A stretch of DNA of 64,000 nt from Octopus sinensis (Eukaryota), in assembly GCF_006345805.1 (NCBI RefSeq), contig NC_043001.1, forward strand, positions 87,730,001 to 87,794,000, written 5' to 3'. Each line of letters begins with the position of its first letter. Positions within the stretch are counted from its first letter, which is position 1. Under the pieces are notes generated by a model. That model saw only the letters and a list, made by a program, of their open reading frames with translations, did not search any database and had not been told where the DNA came from. A program made the translations under genes and the position numbers. Of this stretch, positions 37,545 to 50,789 are shown one piece after another.

Positions 37545-38450
37545 TCAGCTTCCTTATAAATCCGGCCCTGTACGTAGTAACAGTCCATTAGCGTCAGAAA
37601 CATCATTTCGTCCTCGTCTCATTTCCAGCTCTAGGTGAAGCACATTGTCACCATATAGATCATCAAGCTTACATCGGAGCAGTTCACTGGAACCAGAAAC
37701 ATCATTTCCTCTTCGTTGCACTTCTAGATCTGGGTGAAGCGTACAATATAGTTTATCAAGTCCATGTCGCAGCAGTTCAGTGCCAGCAGGCCCTTTGTGG
37801 CCTAACCGAAGCACATCGGAGGAATACAAGGAACGTGACTTTTAAACAACAGATACAATTGCTGATCCTCGGAAATTTGAACATCAAGTATCTCCTGTCG
37901 CAACACGAGACCCTGGCACTTCGAGACGATGATTTGGCAGTATTTGGGGAAGATGAACGTCGTCCAGATTCAAAGAGTGATTAGTCGAGTGGGTCATGTT
38001 TTCAGATTATGTCGATGAACTATATCCTCTGTCAGAGGAGGAGATAAACTCTGTCTTAAAAAAAGAAGTGGCATAAAGCGTCCTATCGTCGCTATAGTCT
38101 AAGTCAGATTAAGTCGCGAATTAGACTTCAAATCACAAACATCAAACAATGGCTATTTGAACAAGCACACCCTGTTACAACACGGGCCCGTGGCACTTCA
38201 AGACAGAACGTGCTTTTGACGATAATTTGACAACATTTGGGGAAGATGCACATTGTTAAAAAATCAAAGAGTGATTTGTCAAGTAGGTCATGTTTTTCAG
38301 TGAACAAACATCCTCAATCAGTAGAGGAAATAAGCTCTGTCCAAAAAACGAAGTGGCATAGTGTTCTATCGTCTTTATGGTTTAAGCCAGAGGAAGTCGC
38401 GAATTAGACCTCAAATTCCAAACATTGCACAATGGCTATTTGAATACAAT
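37545..38450 (+). pseudogene. Degenerate Ser/Arg-rich repeat coding remnant, partly related to the family C-terminus
   Basis: 99-bp repeat (37595/37694) reading ETSFRPR...HRSSSLEP resembles HRDSLER and PDTSFRPRRSS of the paralogs. Followed by two ~280-bp units; several in-frame stops. Confidence 0.5.
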
Positions 38451-41173
38451 GAACATCTATTTTAATAACAGTAAAATTCTGCCTGTCTAACTAGGATCCC
38501 TGTATCTCAGTCTACATTTGCTCTACATAGACATATTATAACTTTTTTGGAATCAGTATGATCCCGGGATTGAAAACCTGCCCTTCATTTGGTTCTTGAA
38601 TATCCAGCCTTGGGATTTGATTTAAAAGCATTTGTGTTGCTATTTCTAGCAAGTAAAGCGACCATGAGAGGTTTCAATGCTATAGTACAAGAGATACTTT
38701 CCTTAGCTTAAAGTTTTAGTAAGGAATTTAGTGATACATTTATCTTTTCTAGTCATCAGACTGCGGCCACGTGAAGAATTTTAATCGAATAAATCGACAT
38801 CACTTCTTTCTTTTTTGTACCTGGTACTTTTTTATTGGCTTCTTTTACCGGACCGCTAAGTTACATGAACGTAAACACATCAACAGCAGGTATCAAGTGG
38901 TGGTGGGTAAATTTTACTGTTATTAATATAGATGTTCATTGTATTCAAATAACCATTGTGCAATGTTTGGCATTTAAGGTCTAATTTGCGACTTCCTCTG
39001 GCTTACACCATAAAGACTGTGACTTGGCGTTTCTCGCGATTTAGGGGTGTTCTAGTATCATGTTCGTGTGTTTAAAAAGGGTTGCGATGATGTTTTCGAG
39101 ATATATTTAATAGTTGCATCTTTTTGCTGTTAAAGGTGACGAGATTAACATGGCCACATTGGAAAATGTTTCCAATGACCCTGTTTATAGTGTCAGAGCA
39201 TGTTTGGTGCAAGGTGTGTTAATTGTTTGGACGCAGAAGATTAGTAAGTAATAAAAAAATGCTGGTAACGTCTACACAGGAATAGCTGTTGTTCGAAGTG
39301 ACGACAAGTAAGTTGTTGATACAGAATAGGAAAATTGTGCAGGACCAAGCCGTATGTTAGGGCACACCTGATTTAATTGCGTCCTAGTCAGAGTAAGAGT
39401 GTCAGCACTCGTTCCGATGATCTGATCTTACCCGAAGCCATTGATTCAAATGATTAGAGATGGAGTGAACCAATAAGCCTGCGATATTGCCCGGAGATTT
39501 GCATGTCTGACAAGATCAAAAGATTTACAGATGTAGATCTACCTCAACGAATGTCATATTGGTGGCTTTTGTGGAGAGAAAGAAATTCAATGTATTGCAG
39601 GTTATTGTTAATGGCTGTCCCAATCAGTTTTAAGTTGTTGGAAATGAAGAATACTCAACACCATGGTCAGAGCAGCGATATTCCAATAGTATGAGAAAAA
39701 GAGAAAATATGTATGTATGTCTATATGTATGTATAATTTTAAATTCCTTCTCCATGTCAATGTATTGACATCGCCAGATAAAAATATTTATCTGGTGGCT
39801 GAACTTAAATTTGACACAAAATCTCTAACATAAGTTCGAAGCTAAACACTATTCTTATTCTAACCTAAGCTCTGTTGTTAACTCATTTGAAATCCGAACC
39901 CTATTTTGTAACTACTAAAATGGACTCTTTTCTCTTAAATAACCAGTTGTATGGATTGGCCTGGAATGTCATAGAAATGGCCACTTTCCCTTGAATAAAT
40001 CATGAAAAAGAATAATGCTTAACAAGGGTAGATACAACGTAAATGAATATCCTGCCAGAATGATAAGGACAGGCTGTATGTAGTTAGCAGAGGAACCTGA
40101 TGTATTAAAGAGTAAAAGCAAACGAAATCCATATATGATATCCTTTCATTCCAGCCAATATTAGACAATGGACAGGAGCGATACTAGTAAATGCCATGAG
40201 TAGAGAGGTTACACACCGTTGTAAATTATTCTGCAATATGAAAGTCATCATTTGTCGTATATTCGGGCAGCATAAATACATTTCGACATTATCACTCTCA
40301 CCAGTAGTTCCAAATAACATTGATATTACCGCGACATACTCTGTTTCTTTTGTTCTATCACATACTTTTCTCATTCTAGATTTCCCTGTCATTTTTAATG
40401 TCACTACATGAATCGAGTGACGATTGTAATTACTCTAACCCTGTGATTATTTGTTTAATGACTCAAATATTTGGGGATCGTTATCAGCTTTGGTGTTTTC
40501 TTAAATACATTAGCCAATACTTTCCCCAAAGTACCGTCAACTCAGCATCGTTTTCGGACAGAGGGTCATGTCCGAAATATCAGACATCTCATGCTCATGA
40601 TACGCTAACTTATTGCCTTTACTATTTGTCGATGAAGATTATATCTAGCTTTTTCAGATTTTGGGTTTCACTTGAATAAAGTTGATATATGTGTGTTGAG
40701 GGCATCAGATATACTGTTGGCGTATTTCAGGAAACATGAATAATTTGAAGGATGTAGTGTAATGAGATCTAACAACTGATGCAGGTAGTTTAATAAAGAG
40801 AAAAATCTATAAAGAGAAATTCCGTTAAAGAGAAATTCTATAAAGAGAAAATCTTTCCATGCATATTTATAAGATGTTAAAATGACAAAGGTTTCAGCGG
40901 CTGTTATGTATCCCGAAGTTTGCACCTATACAACACAAGATAGCAGGGTGTGATCTGAGAGAGATTCAATTGTTATAGAGTGAAGTCTCCCTCATTAGTT
41001 TGTCTTTCAGTGTTAAAATCGATTAGAGATAATTATGATTTTTAACATAGCTACAAAAGTGCAACTTTATGATGAATAACTAGTTGATTAAAATCCTCTT
41101 CATCGTTTTACTGATTGCGCTATTAACCGTTAGTATATGCATAACACCAAGAATAAAGTGGCGTTGATGATGT

Positions 41174-41236
<63 letters not shown>

Positions 41237-41352
41237 ACGAAACCAAAATAATGACTGTCATATTCATTGATGACGTCATAGTTGAAAGTGAATCATTTTT
41301 CAATCACTGAGTTTCATTTCTCTGCATTGAGAGTCAATTTGAGGTGACCAGA

Positions 41353-43146
41353 ATGAATACTACAGAGACTTATGTTTTTTCGAAGTGTTATGAGAACCTC
41401 TGTTCCGAAACTGAAAAAATGGCTGACCATTCGCAATATCCAGATGTTCTAAATGAGGGATTACACAAAACTACAGAACTGAATGAAGGCGAAGATTTTA
41501 CAGAAGAAAATACTGGACACATTGATTCTCGAGACGACGATCGTGAAAATAATACTGAGAATCATATTGGTGATGTGAGGGAAATGATTCAAATAGATGT
41601 TAAGGAAGGTCAAGACAATGACAAGTTAAACGATGATGATGAAACAGCAAAACATGACTATTCAAAAGAGGAGAAAACTAAGAGAAGTGCATGTGAAGTA
41701 GCAGACGATAAGAACATGTATGTAAACAACAGATTGGAATGTAAGACACTGAATGGAGAAAAGGATGTCTGCCCTGACAAACATCCAGTAAAATTGAACA
41801 AGAGAAGCGCAGAATTAGATAACTCTTTACCGAAGGAAGACGGGGAAAATTTTGCAACGAACAAAAAATGCATAATCAAAGGTGGAAAAATATCTTCGAT
41901 ATCAAGAATAAACCCACATCGCATTAATACAGCCACGGAAAGGATTCAAAATAGTAAGACAAATTTAACAAGCTCGTTCTATATTCCTAAACGTTCAAGG
42001 CAGGAACAACCAGAAAATAATGATGGAATTTCGTCAACTAGAAGACCATTTGAGGAATGGCAAAATTTCACAGCACACGAACAACACCTCAGTATACCAA
42101 AACCATATTTTCACCGTATGTCGTCATGTGAATACAGAATTTCGGTGGTAGACATGTCATATTACAGATCTGAAAGAAAAACAATTCATCCTCCTGGAAG
42201 AATTTCTGAAAGCAAAGTTTCAGCGCCTCTCCGGTGTCGGAGTGTTTCATATTTACAGAATAACAATAATTCAGCAAGCCCAAAATCCAAGCAAGGCCTT
42301 TCACGTCCACGGCGATATAGTCACTTACGAGATTCACTGGAACTTGCTAAATTACGATGGGCATCAAAAAACCGGGGCTCTCCCTTCACTGCACAACCAC
42401 ATACTTCACGATATGCATCAGAATATCACCACAATGTAAGACCACCACACGTATACAGAACTGCACTGAGAGTTGATAGACGACCCCCACGATATGTATC
42501 AGACTATCACATTCATGTAGAGCCATCTAATTCCAAGCATAACTGTTCACGTTCACAGCAATATAGTCAATTAGGAGATCTGAAACTTACTAGATCACAA
42601 TGGGAAGCAATAGTACGGCGCCTTCGCTCCACTGAACAACCACATAGTTCCCGATATGTACCAGACTATCACATTCATGTAGAGCCATCTAATTCCAAGC
42701 ATGACCGTTCACGTTCACAGCAATATAGTCAATTAGGAGATCTGAAACTTACTAAATCACAATGGGCATCAATAGTACGGCGCTTTCGCTCCACTGAACA
42801 ACCAGACTATGACATTAATGTAGAGCCATTTCAACCATCTAGTCGATCACCAGAATCACTGAAAGATACTAGATCACATCAACTACATAGTTCAGAGCTA
42901 TCATATCTACATCGCGATTCACTGGAACGAATTGCATCAAATGTACGGCATCCAATCTCCTCTTCACATAACCGCGCGGGTCGTCGTATCTTCACAAAAG
43001 CAGCGACCAAATTACGAGATAAAGTACGCAGTATTTTTGGTAAAAAACGTACATGGGCGCCAGACACATCATTTCGTCCTCGTCGCAGTTCTTTACCAAA
43101 GAGTACCGATCCCGCGGTTCTTAAAACCTTTAAAAGAATAAATTAA
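41353..43146 (+). CDS. Uncharacterised repeat-protein family, paralog 2 (~597 aa from MNTTE)
   Basis: Open 1.8-kb frame with two 54-aa repeats. The upstream in-frame ATG at 41251 is cut off by TGA at 41308. Confidence 0.85.
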   Translation: MNTTETYVFSKCYENLCSETEKMADHSQYPDVLNEGLHKTTELNEGEDFTEENTGHIDSRDDDRENNTENHIGDVREMIQIDVKEGQDNDKLNDDDETAKHDYSKEEKTKRSACEVADDKNMYVNNRLECKTLNGEKDVCPDKHPVKLNKRSAELDNSLPKEDGENFATNKKCIIKGGKISSISRINPHRINTATERIQNSKTNLTSSFYIPKRSRQEQPENNDGISSTRRPFEEWQNFTAHEQHLSIPKPYFHRMSSCEYRISVVDMSYYRSERKTIHPPGRISESKVSAPLRCRSVSYLQNNNNSASPKSKQGLSRPRRYSHLRDSLELAKLRWASKNRGSPFTAQPHTSRYASEYHHNVRPPHVYRTALRVDRRPPRYVSDYHIHVEPSNSKHNCSRSQQYSQLGDLKLTRSQWEAIVRRLRSTEQPHSSRYVPDYHIHVEPSNSKHDRSRSQQYSQLGDLKLTKSQWASIVRRFRSTEQPDYDINVEPFQPSSRSPESLKDTRSHQLHSSELSYLHRDSLERIASNVRHPISSSHNRAGRRIFTKAATKLRDKVRSIFGKKRTWAPDTSFRPRRSSLPKSTDPAVLKTFKRIN

Positions 43147-43524
43147 ACAGTATTTTACGTAGCCAAGACTGAATTTAAACCATGGAGGTCCTGAGGACTT
43201 GAAATTCTGTGGGCCCCCTCTTACAGAAGAATTAAAGTTATGGAAATATAGAAAATTTATATCTCAAAACCCATCTATTGGATGTAATTGGATGTGATGA
43301 GTTAGCAGAGAAATTTTAAATAAATGACTGAAAATGTCGCTTTACAGATGTCAAAATTCAATTCTTTTCCTCACACATTCATTTGCAGTGTTCGTTTTTA
43401 TGTTCAATGTGGTAAGTAGAATGGCGGAGGGAAGAAGGGGGATAAAATACGAAAAAATGAGAGAACCCCCCCACCCAATAAAAATAAAAATATACCATTT
43501 TAGTGGTTGTTACTGTTCCAAAGC

Positions 43525-43577
<53 letters not shown>

Positions 43578-45364
43578 TGTGTGTGTGTGTGGGGGGAGAG
43601 ATATAGATTTGAAAGACATGGATTTTAATACATTTTGTTTTAAAAAAGTTTCCCTTCATTGTTTTGCTATCAAGATAAAGGGATAATCCTCACAAAACGG
43701 GGTAATTTCAACATGTATGTGATAGCTATTCCAAAAACCTGTGTTCTCCGTCTCCAGTAAGGATGGTGGGGTACAATGGGTAACATTGACTGCACTTTTG
43801 ACTTTGAGGAAAAAAAGTAGTTTTACAAGCAAATAACCTTCTCTAAATGCATCAAATATATTGTAACTTTCAAAACACTATTTCACAAAATTATCTCTGC
43901 TCTCTTTCAGCATATTAAAGACAAAGTTAGATGGGGTCCAAATGAATAAGACAAGATAAGGTAAATTTGCCTCTTCAAATTTTTCAGAATAACATTTGAA
44001 AAGAAAACCTCGTACTCATCAATTTCCACTCTTAAAACTAGGAGGATCAGAAATTCAGCAAAAATTTCAAATAACTAGGTCAAACGAAAGAGAATTATGG
44101 AAAAATGGCACGATATGAAATTAACGAAACCCAACTAAATCAAATAACTCAACATAAAATATTCTCTATAGCTTCTCATGATCTGCTGGAGCAGCTCTCG
44201 GCAGAAAACTAGTTTAAGCACCCCATATAACTTTTATATTTTTGGGAATTTTCAAAAGTTTTTTGCGGATTTGTGTTCTACACACGGGAATTCATACAAC
44301 TATTTAAAAATTCTCTTTTAGTTTTTCGAATTTTTCAAAAAAACCACACAGTTTAATATACGGACATTCCGAATTTTTTTTGTTGCTTAATCGCAGCAAC
44401 AGACCATTAAATGTGTTTATGGGGAGAAAGATTTTGAAAAACATCAAAACGTCAGAACGACAAGCAAAAGGGGTGTGTACCAGCTGGCTTTGAGGTATGC
44501 TAAAAATTACAGCTAAATAGCTCTTAAATCACACACACACACACACAAAATGTGTGTAGAATACAAATGCGTAAAAATCTTCTGAAAATTTCAAACAATA
44601 AAAGTTATGAGAGGTTATATGGGGTGCTTATTCATTCTGGTTCTCTTCCTGATACATTTCTACACCACGTAGTTAAAGAGAAGAGATTACTGAAATTAGT
44701 CATAACTTATTTTGCCCCAGTTTAAAAATTATTTGTTCAATATTGAAAATAATCAAATTGGACATTAATGCGGGGAAAATTGATGTGTAGTCTAACAGAG
44801 AAAAGAAAATTGATTGTTGAACATCAAAAATTACACTAGGTAACAAATTTCAAGTATTTTGTTTTTGTTACAGACACCACTTGGTTCCTACCAAATTTCT
44901 GATGTTAATTTCAGATCTGATATCTAAATTTCTTTATCACGTCCAGATTTTGTGTAACCGAAAATCCCTATTATTCATTATTTCTCATCCGCTTCTATTA
45001 CGAAAGTTGTCTAAGCTACTTTTCCATACCATGTTCCATATTAAGTATACTTAAGTAAGTGAACAGGGAAGTCTTTCCTCCTTTATTCTGGCTTAAGACA
45101 GACAGCGGAATTCCGCAGGCAGAGTTGTCACCCCTGCACTCAACCATCCACCCAAAGCGCCTTAGTATTTTGTTACTACCTATTTCTTTATTACCCACAA
45201 GGGGCTAAACATAGATGGGACAAACATGGACAGACATAGGTATTAAGTCGATTCCATCGACCCCAGTGCGTAACTGGTACTTAATTTATCGACCCCGAAA
45301 GGATGAAAGGCAAAGTCGACCTCGGCGGAATTTGAACTCACAGCATAACGACAGACGAAGTTAC

Positions 45365-46680
45365 TACCGAAAGGCAACTTCTTCTTAATCAAAACTTTGG
45401 TGTTTCCTCTTCCTTTGCCGCTTGTAGGATGACGAGCTTTCCTTCTACAAGAAACAACATTAATTCCCCATCATATTTCCATAACTGAGATGTGTTGGTA
45501 GATGCACTCACCATGCTCGTCACTCACAGCCCCAAGGTTAGCCGGGAAGAAGTCAAGTGGAGAATGTAAAAAATATATTTTCAAAGACATTTTGCATCCC
45601 ATTTTTCAAGCATGTTTTCTATGAGTTCACGATGGCTTTCAGTTTTGTGGTTTCCAAGAAAAATTTTGACAGCTCCAATAGAAGATGATCATGTTCCTAG
45701 TTCATTTTCATTTAGATTCGAGGGAAACAATTGGATGTGGATAACACTGCGGATCTGTGGTCCAGTAAAAACTCCAACTTCTAGCTTAACATCTGTCAAT
45801 ATTCTTTAAACATTGGAAATCACTACCTTATGAGCCATAACCATCACGAAATTTTTCATAAGGCTAAGTTTAATGTGAAGTAGTGGAATATGTACTTTCT
45901 GAGGTGTCAACAAGTGCTGGGTGTTTCATATTTTGTTTACCAACATCATGTTCCATTCTAGATGACTAATTACGTTCTTTGTAGTGGTACATGTCATCTC
46001 TGCTGTTCCATACACACAAAAAGCACACATGCTTTGTGTCGCTGAATTGTAAACCAAGAATTAATGAAAGAACTTTCAAATCACCACAAATATTACATAC
46101 ATATTTCGTCCTTATATTCGATGAATCTTAGCAGTAGTTCTATTGATTCATAAGTTTCATTAATGCCAGTGGCATATGCCACAGGTATTGAAGGTTTCTT
46201 CATTGTTGCTGTGCAGTAATACAGCTTTAATGATAGCTTTGCTAGAGTCAGTGAACAGTCTCCATTCTTTTGGATCATAGCAAAAGCCAATCTTTCCCTC
46301 CAGGCCAATGACATCGTGGAAGATACAAATATTTTCCTTCTGTGAGTAAAATGATGAAATGGTGACGGCGTAAATGCGAAAGTTTGGTGTTTGGTTGGAG
46401 AAAATTCTATTTTTGAAGTCTGGAACCGAGCAAGTCTGTTTTTTCTTTTGGTAATTCCAAATCGTTCACTAAGTCATTTAACATCTATTTATCTTAACAT
46501 ATGTGGTGAACTAATTGCATCTGGAACATACACACCATCTTTGCCTATTTCTATATCACGAGCAGAATCTTCAAATGAACTGCTGTCTTCCACAACCGCT
46601 CAACTGGAGTGTCATATAGCGACTGACAGTTGGGCCGTTACTATGATCTTGACTTAGTGTTGCCTTCTCCGGATAATTTT
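45365..46680 (-). mobile_element. Chapaev-type transposase remnant, duplicate of 35860-36900
   Basis: Colinear with the first copy and additionally retains GCKMSLKIYFLHSPLDFFPANLGAVSDEHGE. Confidence 0.78.
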
Positions 46681-47034
46681 TATTAACCAAACTCGTTAGA
46701 TTTTGTATATAGTTGGTAAACAAAAATTGCTTTAACCTTGAAAAGCATGTTTCATATAATTGGTACTAAGATGATAAAAACCAAAATTTATTTGTGGTAG
46801 GGATCATGGTTTTGACGATAATCTGGCAGCATTTGGGGAAGATGCACATCGTTCAGATTCAGACTGTTGATTCTTCAAGTTGGTCATTTTCTTTAGATTT
46901 TGTTAGTGGACTAGTTTCTATGTCAGCGGAGAAAACTCTATCTTAAAAAAGTGGCATAAAACGTCCTACCATCTCTATGGTCTAAACCAGAGAAAGATGC
47001 GAATTAGGCTTCAAATGCCAAAACATTGAACAAT

Positions 47035-48400
47035 AGCTGACCTACCGTGCCCAGTTTGAGCTGCTGGCTGACTAGAATAGATGTGACGATTGGCAAAGAG
47101 CGGTTAAGCTTGCTACTAGTCTAAAGGGTGCTACAATAGAGGTGCAGTGGAGGACAGAAGCCTTTATTCTTCACTAGTTGAAGTGTTACAAACATATGAC
47201 ACCATGCACCAGAATGAAGTGTACAGGACACGATTCGGACCCGTGTAAGAGCTAGTGAGGAGTCACTACAACAACTTGCCTAGGACCCAGATAGTGTGGC
47301 ACATAAGGTATACCCCACAGAAACACCTGATCTCTTGGCTCTTCTTCTGAAAGAGCAATTTATCGATGTTCTGGGTAGTGCAGAGCTAGAAAGTTCACAT
47401 TTAGGAGAGAGTGCCGGACATATGGTGAAAAGGGACATCTGAGATTTGATTGCCCTGCAAGAAAGAAGAAGAGTAAGAAGAAGGTAATAGAAGATAAAGG
47501 AAAGTCGGGAAACTACAAGGGGTGGTGTTAAAGGGTAACAGCCAGTCAAATATTCCAAAGAAACCCCACAATTGAAACGATGTGAAACGACTGTGATTGG
47601 CAGCGTACAAGTGAATAGGAGGATTGACGGCCAGAAGCGTCCCCTTGTGACTGATTCAGCCTCAGAGCAGGCTTTTGTGAGACCCGAGATTTTATATCAC
47701 CCAGACCTACCAGAGTTATCTCAGCAGTTGTGTGATGTTACCGGACACTGTACTGAACTGAGGGGAAGAGTTGACGTCCGGATTGAATTTACAGGTCAAG
47801 AGGTCGTGCTTCCTGTTTACGTGATAGCAATGGAGGATCCTTGTCTTTTGGATCTGGTCTACGTGACGTCTATGGGGTGTCAGCTAGACTTCTGCTCCAT
47901 AAAGCTTTGGGTGCAAAGAAGATCAATCCCTGTTAAGGTGGTAAATCGGACCACTGCTGGTGGTGAGGTGAAAGAGTTACGGACGACAATGATCTCACCG
48001 TGGTCGGAACTACTGTTCCAGTGAAGTGTTAGTGACTTATTTGATGGCTGCTTTGGGATGGTGGAGCCCGACAAACAGTGCAAAATTAAGGCTGGAGTGA
48101 TGGTGGGTTGAACCATGGTGGAGACAGGTACTGATGAAGTGCTGGTTGTGACAGCTAATTTCTCATGGAAGTCACAGTAGATTCGGGGACTGTGGGACTG
48201 TGCCAGGCAGCAGACCAGGAGCAGTGTCGACTGCGTGCCCGCAAAAGGAGTGTAGTCGAAGGAAGTGGGAGTCTGCCAGTGCATTTACAAGACCTGTTTG
48301 CACGGAGTTGTCACTGCTTGGATGACGCTCGGATGGTGCGGTTGAGGCTGCTACTAGCAAGGTATGCTGTGTTCTCTGCAGGAGACCTAGACCTATCAAT
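47035..48400 (+). mobile_element. Ty3/gypsy gag-protease remnant
   Basis: Gag-like pieces with stops, then IDGQKRPLVTDSASEQAFV...LRGRVDVRI...PCLLDL (decayed aspartic protease). No LTR seen. Confidence 0.7.
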
Positions 48401-49325
48401 GTCAGGAGCTAAAAGCCAGACATTAACCAAGGGATATTTCAATAAAATCTAAATTAAAATGAATAACATACATTGTATTTTGATATCTTTCATCTTTAAA
48501 TTTCGCCGAGATCGACTCTGCCTTTTATTTTTTCGAGGTCCATAAAACAAGTACCAGTTGAGCACTGGGGTCAATCTAATCGATTTATTCTCTTCATCGA
48601 AATTGCTGGCCTTGTGCCCCGGTATTTATTATATTTTTAAAGCCTGGTACTTATTCTATCGGTCTCTGTTATCGAATCGCTGATTTACGGGGACGTAAAC
48701 ACATCAAAGCCGGTTGCATGGAACAAATACAAATAAACACACACATATACTCTCTCTCTCTATGTCTCCCCCGCCACACAGACACGCACACATATACCAC
48801 AGGCTTCTCCCAGTTTCATCTACCAAATCCACTAACTAAGCTTTGATGAGCTCGTGACAATTGCCCACAGTGCTACGTAGTGAGACTGAACCCAGAACCA
48901 GGTGGTTGGGAAGCAAGCTTCTTACCACACAGACACGCCTGAGACTATATAATAAAATAAAAATATAAAAATATATAAAAAGAGGAATTTTGTACATTTA
49001 AGCTAAGCTACACAAGCTGGATCTTCAATTGCAAATTTACACACACTTTGAACAATAATGAAAACGATAGTTTTGTTACTTATGATTCGGTTATTCGATC
49101 TAAAAACGCAATCATATATTGGTTTATAGTTTAAACCATGACCTAAACCTTTTATTCAACCCAGACTTTAACCAACTATTCACTAAACTATAAATACTGC
49201 TGAGTTAGGTATTTAAAATCTTTACTGAACTATAACCTGTACTAAACTATAACCAGAGCTAAATTGTACTAAAATATAATCTAAGTTAAATACCTAACTC
49301 AGCAGTATCTAACACAGACCTAAAA

Positions 49326-49765
49326 TCTGCCGCACCTTGCATGAATGTGGTCTGTATTTCTGCCGCACCTTGCATGAATGTGGTCGGTATTTCTGCCGTA
49401 CGTTCCATCAATGTAGGATTTATTTCTGCCAAACGTTGCATGAATGTGGTCGGTATTTCTGCTGCACCTTGCATGAATGTAGTCGGTATTTCTGCCGCAC
49501 GTTCCATTAATGTATCAACGTGGGAGGTATTTCTGCCGCACCTTGCATGAATGTGGTCGGTATTTCTGCTGCACGTTCCAACAATGTAGGATTTATTTCT
49601 GTCAAACGTTGCATGAATGATACATTAATGGGACGTGCGGCAGAAATAAATCCTACATTGATGGAACGTGCGGCAGAAATACCGACCACATTCATGCAAG
49701 ATGTGGCCGAAATACCTCCCAGATTAATACATGAATGGAACGTGTGGCAGAAATACCGACCACAA
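49326..49765. repeat. 33-bp minisatellite, ~9 direct units then ~4 inverted units
   Basis: Unit tctgccgcaccttgcatgaatgtggtcggtatt; orientation flips at ~49620. Confidence 0.92.
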
Positions 49766-49959
49766 GTAAATTATCAGTATCAGCAATAGCAACATTTGCA
49801 CCAACCCCATGTCTCTACAACATCAAATAATATGTCCATCCTTAGTGAATTGCCATTCAAATTCCTGCATTAGATTTCTCGAAAATTTACATCAGAAACG
49901 ACACAGGAGACAGAAAAAGAAAAACAGAACGAAATTACACAAGATGGAGGACTGGAAGC

Positions 49960-50630
49960 CGTGTGAATTTTGGAAAGGAATTACCTGTATCATAATGATT
50001 CGCGCGGGGTAACAAAATACCGACACCATGACTGCTACTGAATGTCCTGTGAATACTGTAAAAACAATAAGACGAGACATGGACGGCTGCAACGGAAACT
50101 ACGAAGCCGTGGCTAACAGGAAGGGACACAGAAGGTGTTCTGACTGCGTCCGCACGCCAGAATTCATCGGAAAACCGACGAATAGGACCTTAGGCTTAAT
50201 GCAAACGGCTACGTGAAGCTGATGGAAACTGTGGTCAAACCCTGGCTGGAGAGGTTTGCTGCTGGAGAGTGTACTCGAACCATAGCTGGAGAGGGTTGCT
50301 GCTGGTAGGCCACATGTGTGACAGCAGAATTAGTGTCCTTGCTATACTCCTGGAAAGAGCCTGAGCGGTTGTCGGAAAATTTCTACAACTTCACCGACCC
50401 CAGTTTCTGCTCCCTTAGTTCCCCCGATTCTAATCCTACGGATTACTATCTGTTACGCGCGTTTGTGAAAGCCTCTAGCCGCTCTGCTTGCAATACCAAG
50501 GCCGAGCTGGTGGTCAAGATCAAGGACGTATTCGATGATCTTCCCTAGGATAAAGTGAGAAACGCATGCGCCAGGTTCCGGAGCCGTCTTAAGGCCATGG
50601 TGGAAGTTGATGGCGGTTACCTTTAGTAAA
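49960..50630 (+). mobile_element. maT/DD37D-like transposase remnant, internally deleted
   Basis: IIMIRAG...NTVKTIRR...RRCSDCVRTPEF (HTH) joined to VKLMETVVKPWLER and SPDSNPTDYY...CARFRSRLKAMVEVDGG. Confidence 0.75.
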
Positions 50631-50789
50631 TTATTTATCTCCCAGCCATTATTGGAGTTTTTTAAATACCTGTGGGTGGGCTATTGCGTTTTTACTTTTC
50701 ATACAAACTGTCTAATTTAGGCTGAACACATTGAACAGTGAATTGATTTGCAGTGGGAAGCGAGAAATCCAAAGTTTCGGTCACCTGTC

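Noticed and set aside
41308-41310. Selenocysteine reading of the in-frame TGA
   Set aside because: The homologous codon is Leu rather than Cys, and I saw no SECIS-like element.
49286-49789. 11-aa repeat ORFs (MNVVGISAAPC / MERAAEIPTTF)
   Set aside because: A 33-bp unit without stops is open on both strands by construction.
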